Below are positions 13,309 through 26,530 of a stretch of DNA of 64,000 nt, piece after piece. A program made the position numbers and the translations under genes. The notes beneath the pieces were generated by a model, which worked only from the letters and a program-made list of their open reading frames with translations, made no database searches and was not told the DNA's origin. Positions within the stretch are counted from its first letter, which is position 1. The number at the start of each line of letters is the position of its first letter. Source of the stretch: Marsupella aquatica. Lineage: Eukaryota > Plantae > Marchantiophyta. The stretch is from NCBI GenBank assembly GCA_973895155.1, contig OZ316896.1, positions 11,212,795 to 11,276,794 on the forward strand. Reading direction: 5' to 3'.

Positions 13309-14114
13309 GTAGACCCATCTTAAGTTCACGAATACTCAGGTGTATGGAGTCCACCGTCAGGGTGCATTGCGATTGTTATAATCAGCATTCGATGTTATCC
13401 GAGGATTCTGTATATCATCCATCGTGTCTGTTCTATGAGGATTATTCAAATTGAATGTTTCTAGTATGTACATTTCTTTGGCTCACAAAGATGAGAATGA
13501 AAACGAAGATGTTCCATCCAATCCTATTACTGTATAGTTCAAGGAAGATTACTTTCCGTTGGAGACTCAAAGCAGTGAACGATACCTGTGCCTACGTGAC
13601 AGGACAAAAGTCATTTTGATTGACATGCAGAAGTGCTAAATCAGTAAAATTCAAAGTGAATCGCAATTCGGGGCAACACTTAGGTTGGCCTTGTACGTAT
13701 CAATCAACGGTTCTGCGGGCAAATCTTAGAAGCAGGCAAAACCATACTTCGGGTTTGTGTGTGGAGCACTTGGAAGCGCTAGTGAATACCATCTGAGCAA
13801 TACTTGCATTGTATAACTCACTGTTGGCCACTTCATTGCAGTTGCATCGTTCAAAATGATGTTGGTCCGGGAGGGCAAGGGCATTCACAGAATTGACAAA
13901 GATAAATTGCCTGCTAAAGCCGCATCCTACTCTGGGCCTGTGTCAGCTGATGTCCAAGCTTAGCCTTGGCCTACAAACAAGAAAAGCAGCTGGCTTCAAA
14001 AGTCAAAGAGTGGATTGGCTTCTTTAGATCCACTCTGCAAGTAATCGTTGGAAGCCGTAATGGCCTCCATCCGATAAGGTTTCACCTTGGCAATGTTCAT
14101 CAAGCCTGCGGCAT

Positions 14115-14890
14115 TCGTGCCAGCAGCAATCTCCTTTGGAAAATTAGATAAGTAAACTGACTCCCAGATCTTAGAGCGGACCTGCTTCTAGGTTCCAGAA
14201 CAAGCAGAGATACCGATTTAAAGCACGTTTGAGCAGATCTTCAAAATGTGATGTGCGGTCCCTTCCAATGCTGAGGCACAAAGGCCAACAGATATCCTTT
14301 GGAAAATTAGACAAGTACTCTGAATCCCAGATTAGCTCTCCCTATTTTCCAGAACTTGCAGAGAACCCGATTTAGAGCAGGTTTAGCAGATCGTCAAAAT
14401 GTGATGTGAAGTCCCTCTCACTCTGAGGCACAGGCGCCAACAGCAATATCCTTCGGAAAATCAGGTAAGTACACTGAATCCCAGATTTTGAAGAGGAGCT
14501 GCTTCGATTTTCCAGAACAAGCAGAGAAACCGATTTAAACCACAGGTTGAGCAGATCGTCAAAATGTTAGGTGAAGTCCCTCCGCTGCTGGTGCCCACAT
14601 CAATATCCTTTATAAAAATAGTAAGTAAACTGAATCCCAGATTTTAAAGAAGAGCTGCTTCGATTTTACAGAACAAGCAGAGAAACCGATTAGAGCACAG
14701 GTTGAGCAGATCTTCAAGATGTTAGGTGAAGTCCCTCCGCTGCTGGGTGCCCCATCAATATCCTTTTTAGAAAATAGGTAAGTAAACCGAATCCAAAGTT
14801 AGAGAGAAGCTGCCTCTATTCTCTAGAACAAATAGACAAACCGACTTACAGCACAGCTTGAGCAGATCTTCAAATGTGAAGTCCCTCCCA
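14115..14890. repeat. Degenerate tandem array, ~155-160 bp x5
   Basis: Recurring blocks gtaa(a/c)ctgaatcccagat, agaacaagcagaga..ccgat and gagcagatc.tcaaaatgt..gtccct at ~157-bp spacing. Confidence 0.85.
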
Positions 14891-15087
14891 CTTTCCTCCT
14901 AGACGGCCACTTAGAATCTCTAGACTGAACACATGTCCACAATAGCTGGGACCCTGAATACGGTACTGGCAGACCCTCTCTATGATAGCGCAATCCTCCC
15001 TTTCAGGAGAGGTCTACTGTTAGGAATCCAGTTGAAGTTCACCATTTAGTAATTATAATAAAAATTTTAGAGCTCTCTCACCAACAA

Positions 15088-15169
15088 GCGGATGTGCCGG
15101 AGTGGTTAACGGGATTGACTCGAAATCAATTGGGCTCTGCCCGCGCAGGTTCGAATCCTGCCGTCCGCG
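15088..15169 (+). tRNA. tRNA-Ser(CGA)
   Basis: Acceptor stem GCGGATG/CGTCCGC with G discriminator; D-loop GAGTGGTT; anticodon arm ATTGA-CT-CGA-AA-TCAAT; long variable arm GGGC-TCT-GCCC; T-loop GGTTCGAATCC. Upstream AT-rich TATA-like stretch and CAA motif; downstream TTTT. Confidence 0.96.
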
Positions 15170-17169
15170 CCTATTTTGCACTATTACTTCTATTGTTGCT
15201 TTCTCCTTCCAAGCAAAGTTTGTTTGGGTCTACTTTTAATAGGGCGTGTCAAAGCAGGCCTAACTCACTTACAAGTCAGGATACAAATTGCTTTTATTGC
15301 CAAAGATATCACCAAAATACATATCCCATAAGCATTTTGGGTCCAAACATCCACAGCCGTATGACTGCATATGGGAGAACTTTACACACCCTAATTGCTA
15401 GGCTTCATCAAGTAAGTTGTTAGTCTTTTCAGTTGTGTGCTCCCTTTTGTTGGATACCTATGTTGGGTTTGCAAACATAGCTACAACACATTTGTTACAT
15501 TAGATGTGGACCATTTGCGCCACACAGGATTGCATTCTCCCCTTATTGGATACCTATGATCCATTTGCAAACATAATTCCTACATTAGGTGTGGACTGCT
15601 AGAGCAACGCATTACTGCAGTGATTGATTATCCACCCATCATTTGCTTTTCTTTTTTTGTTTTCTTTTCTCCCCAAACAAAGGGGAACAAAGGGGAACAA
15701 AAGCCCCAAAAAACAATGCCCCGGGGGGCAAAACCGTCGCGGAGAGAACGCAACACGGCCTTCTCCACGACCAGCAGCCCAAACGAATACACAACTAATC
15801 AGGCCATGAGATTCTGAACAGCTCCCAGACGGTGACCGTCAAAAGATCCAAGTGACTTGTTTTCCTATACTTTCTAAATACTGGTTTTCCTAGGGCTGCA
15901 GCCAGAGATGATGCAGTTGGCTATACCTATTGTTGAGTCTCCCTACTCTTCCTTTCATCCTGTTCCTGGTATAAATGGGTGTAAATACTCAGCTAAAACT
16001 GCTTTCTAATTACGGACCCCTTTATCCTGAATCACTGTCTTGCTTATTTGTGCTTAACCCTAAACTCTGGACCAGTTTACTTTTACTCTATTGTACTTGT
16101 TTGGCCTTTGTAATAAATTGGTTTTTTTTAATAATTTATTGGTCCTGTCTAGGGCTTTGGTGCTTTTTGTTCTTTTGCAATGTGTTATAGATGTTCTTTC
16201 ACTCTTCCATGGTTTAAGCATACTCCCAATTTACTCCTCAAATATTTTTCAGTCTGGTCATTCTTTTCCATGTGACCTATCTTATCGTATGTGTCAGACT
16301 CTCTCTAATAAATTATATATGTGATGGCATCTAAGGTTATCAGGGCAATCAGAATGCATGCAATTACATAGGGGAAAAGGCTTGAATGTATATTAATTGG
16401 TTTGAGGACCCTTTGGTTATGTAAGCTTGTTTTTTATTGAACTATTTGGAGCCATGAATAGTTGCACATTGAAATAGATAGATGAGAGGACAAAGATTAA
16501 ATGGAGGATTCTAAATGAACTGAATTTTAAAGGTAGTTAGGACAATTTCACTGAAAACAAATAGACATAAATTCATGGTAATACCGAAGGCAATTCTCCA
16601 TGCAAAATGTTTCCCTTAGTACCTCTATGTCTATAGAATACAGGTAACATTTCATATAGTTCATGCAAAATATTACTTTGTCCATAGTAGTTGAAAGGTT
16701 TTAGAGTCCCTTGGTATTCCTCTACACATAGTAGTTATCTTGATAGAGGAGTAAATAACTACCATAATGGTGTTTCTTACCTTTTCTTGTTACTCCTCTA
16801 TCCATAGTAGCCAAAAGGTTTCTTAAGTTACCTTAATTGGTAAATGTTAGAGAAGCTGAAAAGTTTATTGGGTTTCTTATGTTACCTTGGTAAATGTTAG
16901 AGTACTAGAAGAGTTTCTTTCTACTTGTCATTATTTCAAAAATGTGTAAATTAAACAGAAAAATTTAAACAAGTTACGAACAAACACTGATATATCAATC
17001 ATAACTCATCCAAAGATTAGGTTCTTCCACCCCTATTTTACCCTTTTCTTTGTTTACTTCAAATGATACTTTTCAATTTTCAATTATTTTTACAGTTATA
17101 TGTCTAGCTGCTTTTTCTTTCTCTTGCCTCCAACACGTATAGTCAGATTTGGTTCTTCTTGCATGCTCA

Positions 17170-17496
17170 GGGGGGTCACTATATGGAGGGCCATACATCA
17201 CGTGCGATGTTTTAGGGTTTGACCCCCCTAACTTATAAGTGAAAAATATGTTTTTGCAAAGCCCTTTCTTTCTTTAAATTTTGTCATTTTTTATTAAAAA
17301 AACCCCTAAAAACTTTAAAGAAAGTATTTTTTGCAATTAAATAGGCCTATGTGTTCTTTAAAGTCGACCAGTCAATAAAACATGCCCTATGTGTTCTTCT
17401 ACCAAACTTTGGAAGTCTTCCGCCACACCCATTTAAATGGGCCTATACTTCGTCGCACGTGATGTGCCACTTCCGTGGAAGTGATCCCCCCCCCCC
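17170..17496. mobile_element. Degenerate MITE-like element with G-rich inverted ends
   Basis: gggggtcact...catcacgtgcgatg is the imperfect reverse complement of cgtcgcacgtgatg...agtgatccccc. Confidence 0.45.
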
Positions 17497-17965
17497 TAGC
17501 TTGCATGTGTAACTAACAGTTCTTGTTTGTGACAAATCATGTTGGTGCGATTGCACGTGCATCCAACAATTTTGGAAGGGAACTTCCCGTGGGGGTCCGT
17601 AAAAAAATCTAGGAATTATAAACAAGATTAGTGGAGTAAACAGGCCAAGGCAGTTGGTTTTAGGGCCTCTACTCTAGTAACAAGGCTTATCCACACTATG
17701 CATGCTAGAGCCAATGATTTTCATGCATTCCAAAATTGTTTAATTGTATTTCACCCATCTTTTTCAAACCTTGTAGATCTGTTTTGGATCCCATGACAAA
17801 TCTTCCAAAATTCCAATCATGTGGTTGCACCACAACTAGTGGTTTCTGCTGCAAACACCAATGGCAGCTTTTGCAGCGACAAACAAACATGATTGTTCAT
17901 GTTTGTCGCAACCCCAGCAAATATGGTTTGACCCAGGAATGGCAAAACCCTTAAAAACTTTAAAA

Positions 17966-18442
17966 TTTGAATTTGAACCCCCCATGGACCACATTTCCCA
18001 AAATTTGAACTTAATTGAAATAACTTGATATTCATAAATTCCAGTATTTTCTAGTTTTGGAGAAATGCTAGAGGAGTAGGTAAGTTACACTTCCATCAAA
18101 GTGAGAGTGAACTTTTGGACATCTTGGTTGAGTTTTTCATTAAAAAAATGAGGAGGGGCAAATTTCATTAGATTATTTTTCATTATGTTAATATGAAATA
18201 CCTTTTGGGCTTTTGTCTTTTTAGGTCTCCTCCTTCTCTAGTTGCATTGCATGTGCAAAACTAAAACATTTTTCAGTACTCGTGATCATCAAGTTATGGG
18301 CCCCAAACTCCCATGGACCACCAAAATGTGATCCATGGGAGCACTGTGTCCAACATGGTGGTCCATCCTGGCTTCACTTTCCATGTTATTATATATAAAC
18401 TCAAATTTTGGGAAATGTTGTCCATTGGGTTTCAAATTCAAA
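17966..18442. mobile_element. MITE-like element with ~60-bp imperfect TIRs, upstream of the cyclophilin
   Basis: tttgaatttgaacccccatggaccacatttcccaaaatttga versus tcaaattttgggaaatgttgtccattgggtttcaaattcaaa. Confidence 0.65.
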
Positions 18443-20077
18443 CAAGCAAAGACTAAGAAACTAGAAGCTTCACAATGCCCATTAACGAGAACATTATCCT
18501 ATTGGAACAAGCAAAGACTAAGAACCTGAAAGCTTATCTATGAGGAACTGAAAAGATATATCACACTACCAAAAAGACAGAAATGCCAAATGGGGAGACA
18601 TGGTCCCTATGGCAAAACAACCCAATAAAGAGGGGAATTGAAAGACCCCAAGAAGATCAAAGAGGCCCAATAAGGGGGGGGGGGGGGGGGGAAGGGCCGC
18701 AGGAAAAGACCACAAGAAGACCAAAGAGGCCCAATAAATCAAGGAGTATCTCACAAAAACCAGAACTGAAAAACATGGTGGAAGTCTTGCATAGGAGGGG
18801 TCTATTTCCTTTTGTTTACTTTCCCGAAAAAAAAGAGTCCTCTGTCGAGCGTGCAAAGAGAATGTGCTCCACAGTATTCCCGATCCGATTTTCCGTTGCC
18901 GAACCGTGATTCGGCATGCCGCCCGGGCCCATTTTACGCCGTCGATGTTTGCTGTCATTGGACGATTCAGATTCTAGTCGCCACTTTCAAGACGAGGCAC
19001 TGTACCGTCCTGTAACCTTACTTGAGACAGTTACTGTAGTCTGCGTCAGTCGGTCAAAGGCAGTTTGCCAAGTGGCATACACGTTCGCTGTAACTGGATA
19101 CAACCCGTCAGGGGACCCTCGTCCGTCGCCTGTGCGCGTGCCACGTTGGCATTTTCGAAGCGTTCACCTGTAGTCACCGGTCTTGTGTACCGACGATCGC
19201 CGGTCACGTTCGATGCCTTGCTTCTCCACTTGCGTTTCTTGCCTTTTGCAAACAGAGACGGTCTTCATCGTGCTAGATCGATTTTCTTCTTCGATCGTCG
19301 ATCATAGATTGGAACTCGTGGGTTTGCTGCCTTTGCATCTGGTGCTGCTGCTCCTGTTTTTTTTTTTCGTGTGCAACTGCCGCCCAACGAACAGATTTCG
19401 AGCTTTCTTTCGAGGTTCTCTCGAGCTTTCTCAGGTTTGCCTACTTCCATCGGACTTGGCTAGGATTGTGTCTTTCACGCCCTCACTCGCACTAGATTTT
19501 CAGGTGGTTGCACTCCTCTCTGTCCTGGAATTGCCGGTAATTCTTGAGGTTTGCCTCTTTGCATCGCACTTTGTCGTCTCTTTCCTCCCTCCCTGGGTCT
19601 AGATTTAGAGTGGGTGAATTGCTTTGTTCTGCAATTGCCCCTCGATGTACTGATTTTGAATCGTATCTCGCTTCCTGCTTGTATCCCGATTCCTGAGGCT
19701 GCCTCTTTGTATCGCATTGTGTCGTGTCTCTCCCCTCGGCTCTGGATTTCGAGCTTCTTTGGAGCTTGTTGTCTGCCCTATTTCGATGTTTGCTTCGCAG
19801 TTGTTTGAGATTGTTTGAGATCTTGTTTTGGCGAAAATTAGGATGTTACTATTTGCCATCCTGCAGCACTCATGACGATGATCTGAGGCGCATCAGCACG
19901 GGACAATAGGTCGTAGATTTTTATTTTTGGCACTGTGTCTTGGAGTCGGATCGATGCGGATGTTCCTGTTGATGATCACCTATTTTGACAAGAGTCTTGG
20001 TGCCCACGGCCGAATTTGAAGGCTAGTTTCGTCTTTGGATGTTAGCTAAAAGAGCCTTTCCTTGTGTGTTCAGCAAA

Positions 20078-20859
20078 ATGGCGAAACCGAACCCCAAGGT
20101 TTTCTTTGATATTACCATTGGCGGCGCCAATGCCGGGAGAATCGTGATGGAGATTTACGCTGATACCACCCCCAAGACCGCCGAGAACTTCCGCTGCCTT
20201 TGCACTGGAGAGAAGGGCAGCGGCAAGAGTGGAAAACCTTTGCACTTCAAGGGCTCTTCTTTCCACAGGGTCATCCCCGACTTCATGTGCCAGGTACGAG
20301 ACCCAGATTTCCTGCCATCTGCGGTTCTTCCCCTTTCTGCGTGGCCTAGCCTTCTCTTTAGTCAAGACTGCACATTCTGCGTCAATTAACTATGCAAGTA
20401 GTGATGAGAGCCTCCTTGACCTGTCCGTTTGAACCTCCAACCGAGTATTGCGGTTGAGTTTCCCGTACTTAACGACTTGGCAGTGAAAGTGGTCGCGGCC
20501 CTTGTTGTTTGTTGACATGTTCACCCTCAGCAATTTTTCTCCGTTCCCTGCAGGGTGGAGATTTTACCAGAAACAACGGTACCGGTGGAGAGTCTATATA
20601 CGGAGAAAAGTTTGCTGACGAGAACTTCACCAGGAAGCACACTGGCCCCGGTATCTTGTCCATGGCAAATGCTGGCGTAAACACTAATGGATCTCAGTTC
20701 TTCCTGTGCACCGTTGCCACCCCGTGGTTGAATGGAAAGCACGTCGTGTTCGGACAGGTCATTGAGGGATTGAAAGTTGTTAGGGCCATTGAGGCCGTAG
20801 GATCTCCGACGGGCAAGACGAAGCAGCCCGTTGTTATTGCCGACTGTGGACAATTGTGA
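20078..20859 (+). CDS. Cytosolic single-domain cyclophilin (PPIase, CYP18/19/ROC type), 173 aa, 2 coding exons
   Basis: Exons 20078-20293 and 20554-20859 with a GT-AG intron. Motifs [54 protein letters not shown] and the plant-type GKSGKPLH loop. Probable 5'UTR intron ending at 20073. Confidence 0.96.
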
Positions 20860-22424
20860 ACGTAGCGCTTCTGACTTCCTCTCTCCCGTTCCATGTTTTC
20901 GAGAAGGAACCCTTTCTGGGTATGTAAGTCCCGATGTTGAAAACGCTCCAGAAGGATCTGGGAACTGATTTTGGGTTGACATCATGATCTCTCTAGCTGC
21001 CTCAAATTGACGACTAACTCACGATTGCTACGTTTCACTGCGCCGTCAATGGTCGTCTTATCTCCAGTTGACGATCTTCTATAAAGAGCAGCTGATGTTG
21101 TCTGAGCTCTCTCTCGTTGTGACGCTTGTGCTCGCTTGAATATCCGAGAATCTGGCAGGGTGGACGGAACATTTCTTTTGAGGACCTATACCGCACCACA
21201 TTTCTTGCTGTGTACAATGTGTACGAATCCAACTTTTCTTTTTCTTGAACCTTGCTTACTTGTGTCGTGATCAGTACGTAGCTGTGGATCGACCTGCTAG
21301 CTGGACGGAAGACTGGTTAGTCGTCTTCACTATTTCTGAATCAAACCACGTTTCATGGCTGGGAGTGGATTGACGGTTGACCTAATTAACCGAATGCTTC
21401 GAAACGATATTATTCTCGTCATAGAGGGATCCTATCGAACACTCACAGAGATCGTGGGCGAAGGTTATTCGATATGCCCTCGAAGTTGGATTGTAAAATT
21501 GTCTGGAATTTCATTGCGAAACTGGAGATTTCGGGATGGAGTTCTTTTTTCACGTGGAACCTTCCGCCGTGAGTCAAGAAGACGGGACTCTTGTAGTGGC
21601 CCACACGACACATTCGTGATTCAACCACGTGCTCCTCCAGACCTCTCACCTGTATCGAAGCGAAATGCTCTATCATGGGGTAGAATTGTTTTAATGCGAA
21701 ATACTTCAATGTGCATCTTCTCTGTTCCCGCACGATACTCCGGTTGGACTTCACAGTGACATCTCTTGACATTCAATGTATGCACCTCTGGCTGCGTCGC
21801 CTAATTGTACAGAGACTTACACGTTCAGCGACTTTCCTTTGTGGAGTTGTTTGCAATAATAATGTGCGATGCACTGTAGTTCTCACAAATGATACGTTTC
21901 CGGAATTGGTTTGTATTCTGTCTCCTCTGCGTCGACTGCGGGTCTGCATTCCAATTGTCTCCCTGGTGTTTATATATATTTTTAATACTTACTTAGCATT
22001 CGATCGATTTTGTCTGCACCCACATCACGTCCATCGGAACTATCTTGGAGCCAACACACTCGAGAAGTACAGGACGAGTTCCACGACAGGTCTCAGGATA
22101 GGTCCCAAGAGTGACCATGACAGTTCCTTCAGAGTAGGAACAGTTTCTTGGATCCTATCTCGCATGAAAGATCTGTTTCGCTCCTCTCCTCCAAGTCGAT
22201 GCTACAGCTTCCTCCCCTGTGCCATATTCATGTTAAGTGAAATCTAGAAATCCTCTTGCTGTATTACAATAAATGACCCCCTCCTTCCCCCGCATCTATA
22301 TAGTTGAAATCCTCCACATTTTTATGGCTGGAGCCTCGTCTCAACTCGGTAAATCTCACACATGGCTTTGAGATCAGGAGCCTCTCCAACATCTTATTCT
22401 CCTGCGCCACTTTTACAACGGTGA

Positions 22425-22564
22425 TGAAATCTTTCTCCTCTGCTTTTCAGCAGGCCATCTCTCCTATCCCACAAATCACATAGCTGAAATTCGTGAATCT
22501 TTCTCCTCTGCTTTTCAGCAGGTCATCTCTCCTATCCCACAAATCACATAGCTGAAATTCGTGG
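22425..22564. repeat. ~69-bp tandem duplication
   Basis: atctttctcctctgcttttcagcagg.catctctcctatcccacaaatcacatagctgaaattcgtg occurs twice; related fragments near 23500-23680. Confidence 0.85.
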
Positions 22565-22759
22565 GTTGAACTGGTGTATCATCTTTAGCGCCTACCGCAA
22601 GTCGTTAATTCACACCCCATCTCTAGAGATGAGAGTTCTCCAATATGATGATACAGCTTCCTCTCTCGTGCTCCAGTATATACTCAGTACATACTTCAAA
22701 CTGCAAAAGAATAAAAGCTTCCCAACCAGGGAGTCAGGATCCCACACCGAAAGAAGTAA

Positions 22760-23264
22760 ATCCTGTCAGGAGAAGAGGTCCCACACAGAAAGAACTAAAT
22801 CCTGTCAGGAGAAGAGGTTAAAGAACTAAATCCTGTCAGGAGAAGAGGTTACCGGTGTGTAACCATTTCTGCAGGGGCTTGCTATAGTCATAATCTCTTC
22901 TCTTGAAAAGTTGCCTGCTATAGTCATAATCTCTTCTCTTCAAAAGTTGAACTGGTAACCTCTTTCTGGGCAGATGTGTAACCATTTCTGTAGGGGCCTG
23001 TTATAGTCATAATCTCTTCTCTTGGAAAGTTGAACCGGTAATCTCTTTCTGGGCAGGAGTTAAGTACGCGGGCTTGCTATAGTCATAATCTCTTCTCTTG
23101 AAAAGTTGCCTGCTATAGTCATAATCTCTTCTCTTCAAAAGTTGAACTGGTAACCTCTTTCTGGGCAGATGTGTAACCATTTCTGTAGGGGCCTGTTATA
23201 GTCATAATCTCTTCTCTTGGAAAGTTGAACCGGTAATCTCTTTCTGGGCAGGAGTTAAGTACGC
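22760..23264. repeat. Compound repeat: three aaatcctgtcaggagaagagg units, then a near-perfect 195-bp duplication (22875-23069 / 23070-23264) built from tatagtcataatctcttctctt subunits
   Basis: Directly visible. Confidence 0.9.
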
Positions 23265-24328
23265 TAATGCAGGGCAGGGCTGGGGTTATAGTCTGTAACT
23301 TGCTCCCGGAATATTCAAAGAAGCTTTCCGATTGCCGCCGGTCAACTTCTTTTCATATTCCAGACGGTTACAGCCTAGTAACCCTGCGCCCAGACCTGCA
23401 TTACCTTATACTTAACAAAGAAGAGTATCTAAAAGCTGAAAGGGCACTGCAATAATGGGAGAGTGTGACCAACACACCTAGTAAAAAAGGACCTAAAAAC
23501 TTCTTCATGCTTTTCAGCAGGTCACCCCTCTCCCGCATTAACATAGTTGAAGACACGAAGTCCCTCTCCCCAACTTAGCTCCCCACCCAACTCAGGATAA
23601 TTAATGCTTTGGAGACAACCGTGAAATTCAGTCACATACATAGGTGAAATCCTCTTCATGTTTTTCAGCAGGTCGTTAAGTCACACCCCATAACCATTGC
23701 ATTAAAAGCAGACCTGAAAGCAAAATTGGCGCTGTACTGTCAAAATTGGCGCCGTACTGTCCCCAATGAAATGCCTTACTGATACGCCCCCCATTTAGAA
23801 ATGATATTTTGGGTGAGAGCTATGGGACTGAACAATTTAGAGCAGCAGTGACAAAATCTTGGACAGACTTTTGAGATACTCACTGGGAAATGGCAGATTT
23901 CAAATCCCTACTGGTAATGTCAAAGATTGGTTTGCTTTCTCTAGGATGCTCTACAGGTGCCAATTAGAAGAGGCACTTAAACCACTAATTCGAGTATAAA
24001 GAGCTCTGTGTAGCAATACTCACTTCACAAAAAGAGTTCAGGATATTCGAGATCACTTTGTTTGTATGTTTTGCATTTAATAAAAAATATGTGGACTTTT
24101 TGAAATAATTGTACCATTGATTTTGTCATCTTACTAATAAAGCGGAATCAAAATTGACCTATGAGGGCTACTGTCTAGAGCTACTGTCTAGAGTGAAGCC
24201 TCTATGGTGACTCTAATAAAAGTGTATTCCAAAAATGGGGATGGATAAAATATTAGTTTGACTGGTCCGATGACCCGTTCCAAAAAAATGAGGATGGATA
24301 AATTTCCAGTGATTCCATAAACAATTTC

Positions 24329-24400
24329 AGCAAAGATGAATGGGAAATAATGAGGAAACGTTTTTGCAGCAAAGATGAATGGGAAATAATGAGGAAATGG
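24329..24400. repeat. 39-bp spaced duplication of gcaaagatgaatgggaaataatgaggaaa
   Basis: Directly visible. Confidence 0.8.
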
Positions 24401-25849
24401 TTTTGCAAGTTTTGTCTGAATCTCTATATACATTCAAAGAACAGGTAATCAGGCCAATCAAACTAATTGTTTATGCTCAAAATGACTCTCCACCAAAGAT
24501 ACACCTTGCATGCTAAGTTCTACTGAAAAGGAGCTTACAACCAGGGTCTTCCCCTTATATGGGCTTCCAAATGCCATATGCAAGCTAGTTTCTCAGCTAG
24601 TGTTTTCCTTGATGTTAGAAGGCTGTTTTCCCCTTTAAGATAAGAAAATGAGCTCATTGTCCTGCAACTACTCTTGGACGAGTGTGCAAGCTGGTTGTTC
24701 AAAGACAAATTCCCCTTTCAGATAAGAAACGCTAAGCAAAATCTCTTGGACTAGAAAGCTACAGTAGATTTTCACTTTGTTCAAAAAACGCATGCCTGGA
24801 CTGATATATCTCCAAGCTAAAGTACAACCCTCGCCTCTATAATGAATTTTAGTATCTTATTATCTTAATTTGTCTGAGTGCAAAATTAGTGTTACTAAAA
24901 ATGAGAGTGAAACAGGACTTTTCTAGACTAATTTATGCAGGCTAGAGCAAAAAGTTTTCATGCAAAAACCTGGGGAACCCACCTTCTTTCCATTGGGTAA
25001 GACCATTGTTTGTTCTTGTTTAGGTGACACTAATTGCCAAAAACACTGTAGGAGAGTGGTTTTGGACTTTGGGACCCAAGTCACATTATCACCTCGTTTC
25101 TTGAGGTTGCATGGCCCCAGATTCCACATTTGACCCTTGGCAACTACCCTGCGTTGACATGAGAGGTATTATTATCTTGAGAAGGGAAACACCACCAAAG
25201 ACATGCATGTAAAGTATTTGGCTATACATTTTTAGCCGTGACAAAGGTGTTTCACATAGTAAGGTTCAAGGCAGTGGATATTTTGAAGAGGGGCCATGCA
25301 ACGTCACAAAACCAATCATGTGTTTGACCATATTATCCCGGAGGGAGCAGCTTTCAATCGGAACCTTTGCAAATAATTATCTACACCTTTCACAGCAATC
25401 AGCCTTTTTTATTGCATGAAAGAGTGTTATCTTTAAAAATCTCTAGCATGTACATTTTGAACTTTTCTCCAAAGGGAAGTGCCCTAGGTTCTGCATGAAA
25501 ATCTTGATCCTGACATGTATGAATATCATTAAAAATGACCATTTCTCTCTTACTGTTAGTAACACTACTTCTTTACTCGCACTATTTAGTTACTTAACAC
25601 TGAAGGGTGAAGGGTGAAGTTCTCAAACCTGCCAATTTCCCCAATGAGTTACCTGTAATGAGACCCATGTCAAGTTTGACGGGTGGAAATGGAGAAGTGT
25701 TAGATGTAGAGAGTGAGTGAAAAGCCATGTTGGATGGTCCCATCTGTTTGTCATGTAAAAGAGTCGATGTGTTTGTCCACCGAAAAAAGTACACCACAGC
25801 GTAGGAGTGTTCATGAAAGTGAAGCCCGAATTGAGCAAAGAGTAGTGTA

Positions 25850-26530
25850 GTTGCAGAGGATTGAGTTTGATAGAAAACGATAATTCTTTCCATGTCACGA
25901 AACAGAATGAAGGAGGAAAGAGTTCGGATGAAAAGTTGAAAGTTTCCTTTGCCTAGAAAGATTGCAGAGGATAACGTTTGACAGAAAGCGAGAATTCTTG
26001 TCATGTCACGACACAGAATACAGGAGGAAAGACTTCAGATGGAAAGTTGAAACTGTCTTTTGCATGGAAAGATTGCAGAGAATTACGTTTGATAGAATGG
26101 AGTATTCTTGTCATGTCACGAAACACAATACACGAGGAACGATTTCAGATGGGAAGTTGAAAGTTTCTGCTGCCTCGAAAGATTGCAGGTACGGTTGATA
26201 GAACGTGAGAATGCTTTTCTTGTCACGAAACAGAATACAGGAGGAAAGATATTCAGATCTAAAGTTGAAAGTTGAAAGTTGGCTCGAAAGATTGCGGAGG
26301 ATTGCGTTTAGTAGAAAATGATAATTCTATCATTTCACGAAACAGATTTCATCGATTTCAGATGGAAAGTTGAAAGTTTCGCTTTTGCCTCTAAATATTG
26401 CAGACGATTGCATTTGATAAGAAGCGACAATAAATCTCATGAAACACAAAACAGCATACAGAAAAAACATTTCAGAGTATTTGCGTTGGAACATGAGAAT
26501 TGCAATCCATGAAACACGAAACAGCGTACA
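25850..26530. repeat. Degenerate tandem array, ~110 bp x5-6
   Basis: catgtcacga(a/c)acagaat...ttcagatggaaagttgaaa...gaaagattgcag recurs near 25891, 26002, 26113, 26221 and 26335. Confidence 0.85.

Noticed and set aside
21355-22247. 134-aa and 178-aa ORFs downstream of the cyclophilin
   Set aside because: No recognisable motifs or exon structure.
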